Sequence record: PP740689.1
Strand: one strand, 5' to 3'
Source of the DNA: Pseudomonas phage vB_Pae_SG_WM_Sew_P27
Length of the DNA stretch: 49,812 nucleotides
Part shown: positions 6,655 to 14,882 of the stretch, in pieces
Numbering within the stretch: position 1 is the first letter of the stretch
Layout: each line of letters starts with the position of its first letter
Program-made: the position numbers and the translations under genes
The notes under the pieces: generated by a model
Databases searched by the model: none
Told to the model about the DNA's origin: nothing
The model's input: the letters and a program-made list of their open reading frames with translations, nothing else

Positions 6655-8753
6655 GCATGGAAATGAACAAAGCGCTGGACCTGCTGCGCGAAATCCGCCC
6701 GAGCATTCCGAAGGAAGTGTTAGAGCTTTGGTGCAAGGACCGCGATGCATTCCTAGCATCGCATCCTGCGGTAGAGCAGGCAGGCGGGGATGAGCGCGCC
6801 AAGTTCGAATACTGGGCCAGTGATGAAGGAATCTACCCGAAGGCGGTTGAGCGCTCCGGCAACTGTTACAAACTGGCGCAGACGCAATCGTACTGGATGG
6901 CCTGGCAAGCCCGCGCCGCCCTGGCGCAACCCTCCCCGAAGTGCTCGACCTGCGGCGGTACTGGCATGGTCGATGATGGCGAGATTGATTGCTACTCGGA
7001 CGGCACGCCATTCGAAAACGGCCCTGTGAAGTGCGTGAAGGATTGCCCGGCCTGCAAAGCGCAACCCTCCCCGGCGCAGGCCGAGCAGCCCACCGCCGAC
7101 GACTACGAGGAAGTCCTGGCAGATCACCGTCGTCTGGTACGCGAGATGGACGTGCTGCTGAACGGAGAGGCCTACGCAGCCAAGCAGGCGATGCTGTGCG
7201 ACCTGGTCAGCCAGGTGGAGGCCGAGGTTCGCAAGTCCGGCCAGCCGCTGCTGGTCAGCGCCGAGCGATACCGCTGGCTGCGCAATGACGACAACTGGGG
7301 CGCCGACGATTCCGAGGGGCAAGGTACCAGCAAGTGGGCCAACCTCGGCGAACTCTCCGGCACTGACTTCGACGCCTATCTGGATCAGCTGCGGGGCTAT
7401 AACCCGGTAATGGACATCGACCCCGAGCATTCCAAGGCCATCGCGAAGCGCGGGCGTGACGCCATCGTAGCGCAGGCAGAGGGCGCTCCAGTGATCGGAT
7501 GCCTCTGCGGTATGCCGATGACTGAGGGTCGCCATTCGCCAGGTGGTTGCACCAGCCTTGAAGAGTTCGCACCACACCTCTCCGCCCAGGCGCAGGCCAA
7601 GCAGGCGGAGCAGCCGGAGGTTGTGGCGCGCGTCGATGGTACGGATGAGGACTGGTTCATCCAACCAGAGGACGAAACCGAGCTGCACAACGAAGGTCTG
7701 CTGTTCGCCGGATGCGAGCTTGGCCGCATGATTGATTTCGACCGCATCGTCGGGGCGCTGCGGGCGGAGAACGCGAAGCTGAGCGAAGCGCTCGACGAAT
7801 GCGATGGAGACCGCTGGAAGCTGCGATCCGAGCGCGACGCCGCTAATGCTCGCCTGCACGAAGTAGCAACGGCCTGCGCTACGGCAGAGCAAGAGCGCGA
7901 CGCCGCCCTGGCCAGGGTCGCGGAGCTTGAGCAGAAAAGCGCAGGTTCCTGGACAGTCGATACATCCTGCGGACGGCCAATCCTCATGTACGAAGGCTGT
8001 AGCGTGATCGAGGATCAGACCGCCTATGAAGTTATCCGGATGATTAAGTGGATCGGGGAACTTGAGAGGCAGGAGCCGGTGGCGACCGTTGCGAAGGTGC
8101 CGGGTGAAGACTGGAACAGCCTTGATTTCCATCGCGACCTTCAACACATGCAGCCGGGCACGAAGCTCTACGCCGCCCCTGTAGCCCAGGCTCAGCAACT
8201 CAAAGACCTGGACAAACAGTGTCGCGATGACGTGGCACGTGCGCTCGGTTTGCGTCCGAACCAAGAGCGCGGTTTCGCATGGTCATATCTGCTGGCGTCG
8301 ATCAAGTCATGCGTGAAGGCCTCCGGGGATAGCGCCCAGGCTCAGCACAGCGTGCCTGATGGCTGGGTGCAATCACTGCCGCTGAAGGATCACCAGCCCT
8401 GCAAGTCGAACGAGGACAGAGCAAATGGATACGTAATCCCGATCTATTCCAGGCCGGTTCCGGTTGAGGAAGCCTTGCGCAAGTTGCGTGCTGTCCTCTG
8501 CGACCCAGTTGGCAACGTTGTCATTGACGGCAGTGATGGTGATCGAGAAGAGGTACAGCGAGCGCTCGGCATACTCGCCGCCGCGCCCGGCAACTCGGCT
8601 CAGCACAGCGGTCCGGAGGGCTGGAAGCTGGTTCCGATTGAGCCGCTTCTCAACATGATGAGCGACAAGGACCACGACACCCGAATTACGGCTGAGCGCC
8701 AACTGCTTTCCATACTCGCCGCCGCGCCCGGCAAGGAGGGGAACGATGACTGA
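6651..8753 (+). CDS. large (700 aa) early-region protein: Cys-rich Zn-ribbon-like segment, central coiled coil, degenerate C-terminal repeats
   Basis: ATG 6651 overlaps the upstream stop (ATGA). Contains CSTCGGTG...DC...CVKDCPACKA, the heptad-rich segment LRAENAKLSEALDE...ARVAELEQK, and repeated ...AAAPG[NK].. / SAQ(A)QHS(V/G)P(D/E)GW units near the C-terminus. Confidence 0.6.
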   Translation: MSMEMNKALDLLREIRPSIPKEVLELWCKDRDAFLASHPAVEQAGGDERAKFEYWASDEGIYPKAVERSGNCYKLAQTQSYWMAWQARAALAQPSPKCSTCGGTGMVDDGEIDCYSDGTPFENGPVKCVKDCPACKAQPSPAQAEQPTADDYEEVLADHRRLVREMDVLLNGEAYAAKQAMLCDLVSQVEAEVRKSGQPLLVSAERYRWLRNDDNWGADDSEGQGTSKWANLGELSGTDFDAYLDQLRGYNPVMDIDPEHSKAIAKRGRDAIVAQAEGAPVIGCLCGMPMTEGRHSPGGCTSLEEFAPHLSAQAQAKQAEQPEVVARVDGTDEDWFIQPEDETELHNEGLLFAGCELGRMIDFDRIVGALRAENAKLSEALDECDGDRWKLRSERDAANARLHEVATACATAEQERDAALARVAELEQKSAGSWTVDTSCGRPILMYEGCSVIEDQTAYEVIRMIKWIGELERQEPVATVAKVPGEDWNSLDFHRDLQHMQPGTKLYAAPVAQAQQLKDLDKQCRDDVARALGLRPNQERGFAWSYLLASIKSCVKASGDSAQAQHSVPDGWVQSLPLKDHQPCKSNEDRANGYVIPIYSRPVPVEEALRKLRAVLCDPVGNVVIDGSDGDREEVQRALGILAAAPGNSAQHSGPEGWKLVPIEPLLNMMSDKDHDTRITAERQLLSILAAAPGKEGNDD

Positions 8754-9261
8754 ATGGCGCGAAGTGGTTGGTTATGAAGGACTATACCGAGTATCAGAGC
8801 ATGGCGAAGTCATCGGGGTTATACGCAAAAAGATCAAAAAGCAATTCCCCAATACTAGCGGATACATGTCAGTAGGTCTGTGCGCCAATGGCAGGCAGAA
8901 GAACACCACGGTCCACAAAATTGTGGCCTTGGCGTTCCTAGATAAGGCCTTCGAGTCGCTAGAAGTAAATCACATAGACGGAGATAAGCTAAATAATCAT
9001 CACTCAAATCTAGAATGGGTTACGCGCTTGGAAAATCTAAATCATGCAAAAAAGATGGGGCTTCTTAGAGAGTCCACCAAGGTAGTCGCAATGCCCATAG
9101 ACGGCTCGGTTGGATATTTCTTCGTATCCATCAATCAAGCCGTTAAGAGTGGATTTAATAACGGAAACATTTACAACTCCATAAACGGGAAATCCCCAAA
9201 TCACAAAGGCTTCAATTGGGCGAAAGTGCCTAGTGAAATGCAGATAGGTGAACAGCCATGA
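8746..9261 (+). CDS. HNH homing endonuclease with NUMOD4 motif
   Basis: EWREVVGYEGLYRVSEHGEV (NUMOD4) and VNHIDGDKLNNHHSNLEWVTRLENLNH (HNH_3). Locally AT-rich relative to its flanks. Overlaps the upstream gene by 8 nt. Confidence 0.85.
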   Translation: MTEWREVVGYEGLYRVSEHGEVIGVIRKKIKKQFPNTSGYMSVGLCANGRQKNTTVHKIVALAFLDKAFESLEVNHIDGDKLNNHHSNLEWVTRLENLNHAKKMGLLRESTKVVAMPIDGSVGYFFVSINQAVKSGFNNGNIYNSINGKSPNHKGFNWAKVPSEMQIGEQP

Positions 9262-9857
9262 CCGAAGAAGAACATGATGCCAAGCTGCGCGCCGAGGCCC
9301 AGGCGCTAAGGGAGGAAGTCGAAAAAGCACAGAATGCGCTCGCTTTCACTGAACAGTGGCACGGGGTTCGGTATGAGCGTTTATGGCACTGGGCTCATGC
9401 CGAACTGGACGAAGAACAGAAGCGACGCTACTTCAACATCGTGGCGAACGGCACCGCAGAACATAGCGAGCCACCAACCTACGCGCAGCAACTTTGCCGA
9501 ATGAAACATCGGTACGAATGTGCAGAGAAGGAAGCCGCAGCACTGCGCGCAAGGGTGGCTGTTGTGCCGGATGGGTACGCGCTTGTGCCGGTTGAGCCAA
9601 CGCGGGAGATGTTCATTGCCATCAACAAGGAGGACGACAAGGCCTATGCCGGTGGCTGTCATCACGGCGCACAGTTTGAATGGCTGTGGGATGCTGCGAT
9701 TGAAGCCGCGCCTCGCCCCAACAGCCTGACGGTCAGCGAGGGGCTGTTGCGGCGGATCGTAACTCCGGCACTTACCAGTTCGGATGCGCACGACCGCATT
9801 GGCGCACTTGAAGAGTTGCGCGCCCTGCTGAGCGAGCAGGATGGAGGGAAGCCATGA
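9258..9857 (+). CDS. hypothetical phage protein
   Basis: ORF track. ATGA coupling at both ends. Confidence 0.55.
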   Translation: MTEEEHDAKLRAEAQALREEVEKAQNALAFTEQWHGVRYERLWHWAHAELDEEQKRRYFNIVANGTAEHSEPPTYAQQLCRMKHRYECAEKEAAALRARVAVVPDGYALVPVEPTREMFIAINKEDDKAYAGGCHHGAQFEWLWDAAIEAAPRPNSLTVSEGLLRRIVTPALTSSDAHDRIGALEELRALLSEQDGGKP

Positions 9858-10057
9858 GCATGGAGTTCATTCGAATGGCCTACAACGTTCCCTGCAAGCG
9901 AGGCGGAAAGGTCATCTACCGAGGTCGCGGCACCGAGGAGCACGGGACGATAACAAGCGCAAAGGGCGCCCACCTCATGATCAAGCTAGACGGCGAAAGC
10001 AGGCCAAGGAGGTTCCACCCGACCTGGGCGCTTCAGTACCTTCCGGAGCAGGCATAG
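9854..10057 (+). CDS. hypothetical small basic protein
   Basis: ORF track. Coupled to the upstream gene. Confidence 0.45.
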   Translation: MSMEFIRMAYNVPCKRGGKVIYRGRGTEEHGTITSAKGAHLMIKLDGESRPRRFHPTWALQYLPEQA

Positions 10058-10233
10058 CCACCCATCGCCATCCACTGTACGCACCGATGCCGGAATCCCG
10101 GCATCGCTTACAGGCCGCCTTAGCACCAGCCTGAAACCAGCATGGTTACTGGGTTTCAGCGCTTAAACCAAGCTACTTGGCACCACCTTACAGGCCACCC
10201 CAAACCAACGAATCCGCCCCCGGAGGACCAACC

Positions 10234-10383
10234 GTGGACAACGAAAACAAAACCTTAATCGCCCAGGCGCTGGTCATCGCGCTGATCGTCTTCGGCATCT
10301 TCCGGATAGTCGGGGACTTCCAGAACCTATACGAGCAGACCGAGTTGAAAGGACAGGAGTTGAGCAGATGGAGCAAGCAGTGA
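10234..10383 (+). CDS. small single-TM membrane protein (49 aa from GTG)
   Basis: GGAGGA RBS 6 nt before GTG at 10234, inside TTG-started track ORF 10177..10383. Hydrophobic LIAQALVIALIVFGIF. Confidence 0.35.
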   Translation: MDNENKTLIAQALVIALIVFGIFRIVGDFQNLYEQTELKGQELSRWSKQ

Positions 10384-10661
10384 GAGACGAGTTTGAAGCA
10401 GCCTACCCGCTGCCCGATGGAATGGAGCGAAACGGTGAAAGCTACACCGGAGGGGAAATGTGGTGGCTATGGGAGGAACGCTGGCAAGTGTGGCAGAGAA
10501 GCCGCGCGGCTCTGAGGGTGGTGTTGCCGGACGACGGCATCGAGGACTGTCAACGTGACTGGCCGAACTCCTGCCGTGACAACTTCGATACCGGCTACTG
10601 CTATGCGACTGACCGGATCACTCAAGCCCTCCAGCAAGCCGGAATCGAGGTGAAGGAATGA
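10368..10661 (+). CDS. hypothetical phage protein (Trp-rich)
   Basis: ORF track with GGAG RBS. Confidence 0.5.
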   Translation: MEQAVRDEFEAAYPLPDGMERNGESYTGGEMWWLWEERWQVWQRSRAALRVVLPDDGIEDCQRDWPNSCRDNFDTGYCYATDRITQALQQAGIEVKE

Positions 10662-10840
10662 TCGACTTCAGAGGAATCACCGTTTTTCGCATGGATGACT
10701 TGGCGCCAGGAACGATGATCGTGAGCCCGGACGTCTACGACATGCTCAAGGGCAAAGAGGCTGATCCGCAGTTGATTAGCGAGGCCAGGCGAAATGCTGA
10801 GAAGGTCGAGGAAATGCTGAAGGGAGTGAGGAAGCCATGA
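10658..10840 (+). CDS. hypothetical small protein
   Basis: ORF track, ATGA-coupled. Confidence 0.4.
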   Translation: MIDFRGITVFRMDDLAPGTMIVSPDVYDMLKGKEADPQLISEARRNAEKVEEMLKGVRKP

Positions 10841-11205
10841 CCGACCACGCAGAGCTGCGGAGGGTGGCTGCGCTGGCTCATCCAGACGCCGAATGGTTCA
10901 TCGCGCGAAACCTTGATCACCCGAATATCGACAAGCCGGCAGCGTCATTCATCGCCACCGCCACCCCCAAGGCCGTCCTCGCCCTGCTGGACGAGATCGA
11001 CAGGCTCAAGGCGGAGAACGAGGCGCTGAGGGGAGCGCTACAGGCCGTGGAAGCCGAAGTCGACGGGAATCTCCGCCCACTTACCCGCGACCTCGTGAAC
11101 ATGGTCAGCGGCTTGAATAACGGCACTCACCCGAATGACATCTACGACCACTGCGACGAGATCGAAAGGATCATCGACGCAGCCCTAGAAGGAGCAACGC
11201 AATGA
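10837..11205 (+). CDS. Ead/Ea22-like protein
   Basis: ATPKAVLALLDEIDRLKAENEALRGAL matches the conserved core of Ead/Ea22-like lambdoid early proteins. Confidence 0.55.
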   Translation: MTDHAELRRVAALAHPDAEWFIARNLDHPNIDKPAASFIATATPKAVLALLDEIDRLKAENEALRGALQAVEAEVDGNLRPLTRDLVNMVSGLNNGTHPNDIYDHCDEIERIIDAALEGATQ

Positions 11206-11516
11206 ACGACCGCGAACTACTCGAACTGGCGGCGCGGGCGGCGGGCTATCAGTTCTCATACCCGTACCACTCCATCTCCATCCCGTTAATCCTGGCAGAG
11301 ACTGGGCGGTGGCGACAATGGGACCCACGACACGACGACGGCGACGCGCTGAGGCTGGCAGTTCTGCTTAATCTGGAGATCCATAGCCCAAAGAGCAATC
11401 CGACAGTCATGTTTAGAACTGCTGAAAACGATGTCTTCTATCAGGACACGTGCATTCGACTAGCCATCGTCCGCGCCGCCGCCGAGATCGGCAAGTCTAT
11501 GGGAGGTGGGGAATGA
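11202..11516 (+). CDS. hypothetical phage protein
   Basis: ORF track, coupled. Confidence 0.5.
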   Translation: MNDRELLELAARAAGYQFSYPYHSISIPLILAETGRWRQWDPRHDDGDALRLAVLLNLEIHSPKSNPTVMFRTAENDVFYQDTCIRLAIVRAAAEIGKSMGGGE

Positions 11517-11947
11517 GCGAAACCGTAGAAGTGAAGATCTGGGATCTTGAGGGGGCAGCGCTTAATTGGGCCGTTGCAATGGCTGAAGGCGAAGAGGTCA
11601 TTGTCCATGACATTGGACAGTACCGTTATGACGTGAGAGGCGGCATTCACTGCTGCAAATATGGCTGCACCTTTGGCCCTCGCTCGATTACTGAAGAAGT
11701 CGAGCGATACGAACCTTCGGACTCATGGGCTCAAGGCGGACCACTGATTGAAAAGCACCGCTTTGAATTCGAGTGGATCGGTAGCGACTGGCATGGCGAA
11801 CCGCTGCGATTCTTCACAGCCTGCGGCTGCGATATGCCAGCTGATGCAGCATCGGCAGGTCCAACCCACCTAATAGCAGCCTGCCGCGCCATCGTTCGAG
11901 CGAAGCTGGGCGAAACCATCAACGTCCCAGCCGAACTCATCAAGTAA
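11513..11947 (+). CDS. NinX-like (DUF2591) protein
   Basis: Internal ATG with GGAGGTGGGGA RBS. N-terminus MSETVEVKIWDLEGAALNWAVAMAEGEEV resembles the NinX/DUF2591 start (...ALDWAVAKAEG). Confidence 0.55.
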   Translation: MSETVEVKIWDLEGAALNWAVAMAEGEEVIVHDIGQYRYDVRGGIHCCKYGCTFGPRSITEEVERYEPSDSWAQGGPLIEKHRFEFEWIGSDWHGEPLRFFTACGCDMPADAASAGPTHLIAACRAIVRAKLGETINVPAELIK

Positions 11948-11991
11948 CCCAGCCGGGCGCCACTAGCTCTCCCTGAGCTAACCCGGCTGGG
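11948..11991 (+). other. nested hairpin between nin-like genes and xis (10-bp outer stem CCCAGCCGGG/CCCGGCTGGG, inner TAGCTC/GAGCTA)
   Basis: Read directly. No T-run follows, so not a canonical intrinsic terminator. Confidence 0.5.
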
Positions 11992-12050
11992 CGTCTAAAT
12001 CCTACCATCATGCCCTCCCCGGCAATAGCTGGGGCGGAGAGGTATTGTCT

Positions 12051-12386
12051 ATGAGTACCGCAGAGCAAATCGAGTACGAAGACAAGGTGCCCGAACAGGT
12101 CATGGCGGCGCTGCTTGGGATAACCTACCGCGCCCTACAAACCAGACGGTCAAAGGGACAGATTCCAGAAGGCGTCTGGAACAAGGTCAACGGGAAAATA
12201 ATCTACAGTCGACGGAGATACGACGAATGGCTCGAAAGCCTTTGGGTATGCCCACCGGGGTGGAAGTCATCGGCAACTCTATCCGTATCCGCTTCATGTG
12301 GAACGGAACAAGGAAGTGCGAAACACTCCCCTATCCCGCGACGCAAAAAGGGATTAAGACTGCATCCGGTCTTAGAGATCAGGTAG
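12051..12386 (+). CDS. xis: excisionase/AlpA-like small DNA-binding protein
   Basis: ATG 12051 with GGAGAGG RBS. MAALLGITYRALQTRRSKGQIPEGVW resembles the winged-helix excisionase family. Lies immediately upstream of int. The ORF as read extends 160 nt into int in another frame. Confidence 0.55.
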   Translation: MSTAEQIEYEDKVPEQVMAALLGITYRALQTRRSKGQIPEGVWNKVNGKIIYSRRRYDEWLESLWVCPPGWKSSATLSVSASCGTEQGSAKHSPIPRRKKGLRLHPVLEIR

Positions 12387-13444
12387 TCCAGGCAATCAAG
12401 CTGGGCATCATGGATGAAGCCCGGTATGCAGAGTTCTTCCCCGGGTCTGCGATTGCGGAATCGGTCAGCAGCCAAATCCCCCTGTTCGGTGAGCATGCTC
12501 AACTCTGGCTAGACAGCCGAGAGATCGTGCTTGGGACACGCAAGAACTACAAGAGCATCCTCAACCAATACTGGATGCCACATCTAGCAGTAGCCCGGCT
12601 TGATCAGATCACCCCTACCCTCTTGCGCCGAATCATCAGCAGCATCGAGTGGACGTCGCCAGGCGTGAAGCGAAACGCGATGTTCAAGCTGTCGACGATC
12701 CTAGATTCCGCTGTGAAGGACGGTCTGATCAAGAAGAACCCGATGGCGCCCCTTGAGAAGCCTCGGGTGTCTAAGAAACTGGTAGATCCATTCACCCGGG
12801 ACGAGGCAGAACGCATCATCCAGCACCTGTACGCGACCCTTGGGAAGTACTCAAGGATCTACGCCGCACTGTACGAATTCCTGTTCTTCACTGGTCTTCG
12901 GCCTGGAGAGGCGTTCGCCCTTCGATGGGACGAGGTAGACGAAGAGGCACGACGTATTCATGTGTGCCGGATCGTCATAGATCGCGGGATCGAGGAACGC
13001 GTAAAGACCAAGCATGAGCGCGACGTGCTGCTCAATGATCGAGCATTGAATGCCCTGGTAGAGGCCAAGCGGATTGCGCGCCTGAGGCGCGTCGCATCAG
13101 TCTCGGAGTTCGCGGTCAGCCCGTTCGTATTCCCGCCCAGCAAAGGCGGGCTGTGGATCAAGGAGCCAAGTGTTACCATAAAGCACTTCCACGCCGCGCT
13201 TGATGCTCTATCCATCCGAAGGCGCCGGCAGTATGACACCCGCCACACATACGCGACCATGTGCCTGATGGCTGGCATGAACCCTGCGTTTATCGCTGGA
13301 CAGCTAGGCCACAGCGTGCAGATGCTGCTATCGACCTATGCCAAGTGGCTGAACTCCGCCTCGGATTGGAGCGAGTTGGAGAAGCTACAGACCAGGGTTA
13401 AAACTGGTACGGAATTGGTACAGGAAGCAGAGGAAGGCGCGTAA
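12227..13444 (+). CDS. int: tyrosine integrase
   Basis: Classic N-terminus MARKPLGMPTGVEVIGNSIRIRFMWNGTRKCETL. C-terminal catalytic region has R...HTYATMCLMAGMNPAFIAGQLGH...LSTYAKW (R-H-x-x-R-Y). Confidence 0.9.
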   Translation: MARKPLGMPTGVEVIGNSIRIRFMWNGTRKCETLPYPATQKGIKTASGLRDQVVQAIKLGIMDEARYAEFFPGSAIAESVSSQIPLFGEHAQLWLDSREIVLGTRKNYKSILNQYWMPHLAVARLDQITPTLLRRIISSIEWTSPGVKRNAMFKLSTILDSAVKDGLIKKNPMAPLEKPRVSKKLVDPFTRDEAERIIQHLYATLGKYSRIYAALYEFLFFTGLRPGEAFALRWDEVDEEARRIHVCRIVIDRGIEERVKTKHERDVLLNDRALNALVEAKRIARLRRVASVSEFAVSPFVFPPSKGGLWIKEPSVTIKHFHAALDALSIRRRRQYDTRHTYATMCLMAGMNPAFIAGQLGHSVQMLLSTYAKWLNSASDWSELEKLQTRVKTGTELVQEAEEGA

Positions 13445-13608
13445 CCATCCCGCAAAGCCCCGCAGGACAATGCCTTGATATCTACAGCTAACATCACCAT
13501 GCGATTTTTTTGGCGATAGCTAGCGCGCTGGAGAGCAGTAGAATCACGGCTTTCAGGCACCATTATTCGCCAGAATTCGCATCGATTGGTACAAAAACTG
13601 GTACAGGG
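13445..13608. other. candidate attP / integrase arm-site region
   Basis: Non-coding stretch downstream of int. Motifs ATTGGTACA and AAACTGGTAC each occur twice (13391-13418 and 13574-13597), and a T7 run lies at about 13503. Confidence 0.35.
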
Positions 13609-13872
13609 TCAGCGGTCCGACTCATAAGCCGCGACGCCGGTCCCTACCGCCCGCCATTCATCCTGCGGCATGCGCGAATCACAGATGAATACCTCGACCT
13701 CCCCGCCTTCTTTCGGCTCCGCCGGCCGGATCGCTGCATGCCGGAGAATCGTCTGCATGTCTTGGACGTAGCTGCTCTCCGAGCCGTGGAACGACCAGAT
13801 GCCGAACTTGCCAGCGCTGCCCACCTGGTGGTCGAGCTTCACCGACCAGCCCTTGAATCGAATCACCAGCAT
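13609..13872 (-). CDS. hypothetical 87-aa protein (MLVIRFKGWSVKLDHQ...)
   Basis: Internal ATG with GGAG RBS 9 nt upstream. The longer track ORF 13609..14154 is a GC-rich artefact upstream of this start. Confidence 0.45.
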   Translation of the reverse strand: MLVIRFKGWSVKLDHQVGSAGKFGIWSFHGSESSYVQDMQTILRHAAIRPAEPKEGGEVEVFICDSRMPQDEWRAVGTGVAAYESDR

Positions 13873-13907
13873 CACCGAGCTCCGTAGGAAAAGGCCGTAG
13901 TCTACTC

Positions 13908-14183
13908 CTAATCCTGACAGGCCTGATTCGCAGCCAGGAGCTGCGCCTCGTAACCGATCCGCTGCAAGCGTTCGGCGAGCAACGCGCGGACCTTGGTCTG
14001 CAAGTCGTCGCCTTTTCGCAGCCCAGTAGTTGCCCAAGCCGGCACCTCCACCGCCGGCACCCGGCACGGCACCGCCACTGGCACTTCTACGCGCACCGTG
14101 CGCGGCTCGGCTTCCTGCCTGGCGGCGCATCCCGCCAGCGCGACCGCAACCCACAATAGAGCAAAACCTGATTCACCTCTCAT
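13908..14183 (-). CDS. proline-rich lipoprotein (candidate separated o-spanin or superinfection-exclusion lipoprotein)
   Basis: RBS GAGGAAGGG. Signal peptide with lipobox LLWVAVALAG-C, then VEVPVAVPCRVPAVEVP and a C-terminal Cys. Confidence 0.6.
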   Translation of the reverse strand: MRGESGFALLWVAVALAGCAARQEAEPRTVRVEVPVAVPCRVPAVEVPAWATTGLRKGDDLQTKVRALLAERLQRIGYEAQLLAANQACQD

Positions 14184-14238
14184 TGCCCTTCCTCGACTTG
14201 ATATTTCGGTCGTTTAGCTGTCTATACTGGAAATGTCA

Positions 14239-14266
14239 CTTGACATGCCCAATATGGACGGGATAA
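14239..14266 (+). promoter_or_regulatory. sigma70-like promoter for hicBA (TTGACA-16/17-GATAAT) with 14-bp perfect palindrome ATGTCACTTGACAT over the -35
   Basis: Read directly. The palindrome is a likely HicB autoregulatory operator. The region is divergent with the lipoprotein gene. Confidence 0.5.
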
Positions 14267-14321
14267 TCGCGGTCCACCGGGGGAATCCTGTGGATAACTT
14301 GTGTAAGCCAGAGGAGGCGCC

Positions 14322-14639
14322 ATGAAACCAGTCCAATTCCTTCTCAGAGGGTATGCGGAGCACAAGGATGGCGTATGGCAAGCGTTCTGCATCGATCTGT
14401 GTCTGGCAGTACAGGGTGAGTCTCGTGAAGAGGTGATCCGTAAACTCCACGAGCAAACCTACGATTACCTGAAAGACATCTTCGAGGGTGAAGACTACCC
14501 ATACGCCGCTCAGCTCCTCGCCCGCAAAGCACCGCTGGTGCAACGCCTGAAGTATCACTACCTAGCATACAGGGAGCAGGTCAGCCGACTGCGCGATGTG
14601 TTCACCTTCAAAGACGCCATGCCTCTTAAGCTGGCGTAA
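14322..14639 (+). CDS. hicB: HicB-family antitoxin
   Basis: RBS GAGGAGG. N-terminal Y.E..DG.W.A.C.DL.L...GESREEVI.KL matches the HicB RNase-H-like domain. Its stop abuts the hicA ATG (TAAATG). Confidence 0.7.
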   Translation: MKPVQFLLRGYAEHKDGVWQAFCIDLCLAVQGESREEVIRKLHEQTYDYLKDIFEGEDYPYAAQLLARKAPLVQRLKYHYLAYREQVSRLRDVFTFKDAMPLKLA

Positions 14640-14882
14640 ATGGCAAGGCTCCACCCCGTCACATGCAAACAGGTCAAGGCAGCTCTAAAAGCGATGGGGT
14701 TCGAGCCAAGGCCAAGAACGGGAACATCTCACGAAAAGTGGGTGAAGACTGCGGGTAGCAACCGATGGATAGTAACAGTCGATTGCCCCAAATCTCCCTT
14801 CAGCAATGACCTGATCGCCTCCATGGCCAGACAGGCTGGAATGTCGACAAAGGCATTCCATAGGAAGTGCTGCGAATTCTAG
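14640..14882 (+). CDS. hicA: HicA mRNA-interferase toxin
   Basis: KQVKAALKAMGFEPRPRTGTSHEKWVK...VTVDCPKSPFSNDLIASMARQAGMS is the HicA/YcfA-like fold with the conserved His. Confidence 0.8.
   Translation: MARLHPVTCKQVKAALKAMGFEPRPRTGTSHEKWVKTAGSNRWIVTVDCPKSPFSNDLIASMARQAGMSTKAFHRKCCEF

Noticed and set aside
6753-8264. 503-aa ORF on the - strand
   Set aside because: It is antisense to the well-supported 700-aa early gene, with a Leu/Arg/Gly-rich low-complexity product and no RBS.
13609-14154. 181-aa version of the - strand ORF and + strand ORF 13510..13887
   Set aside because: The N-terminal 90 aa of the long version are Gly/Arg/Ala junk overlapping the lipoprotein gene in another frame. Only the 87-aa C-terminal part has an RBS. 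The + strand ORF covers the att region with no start signals.
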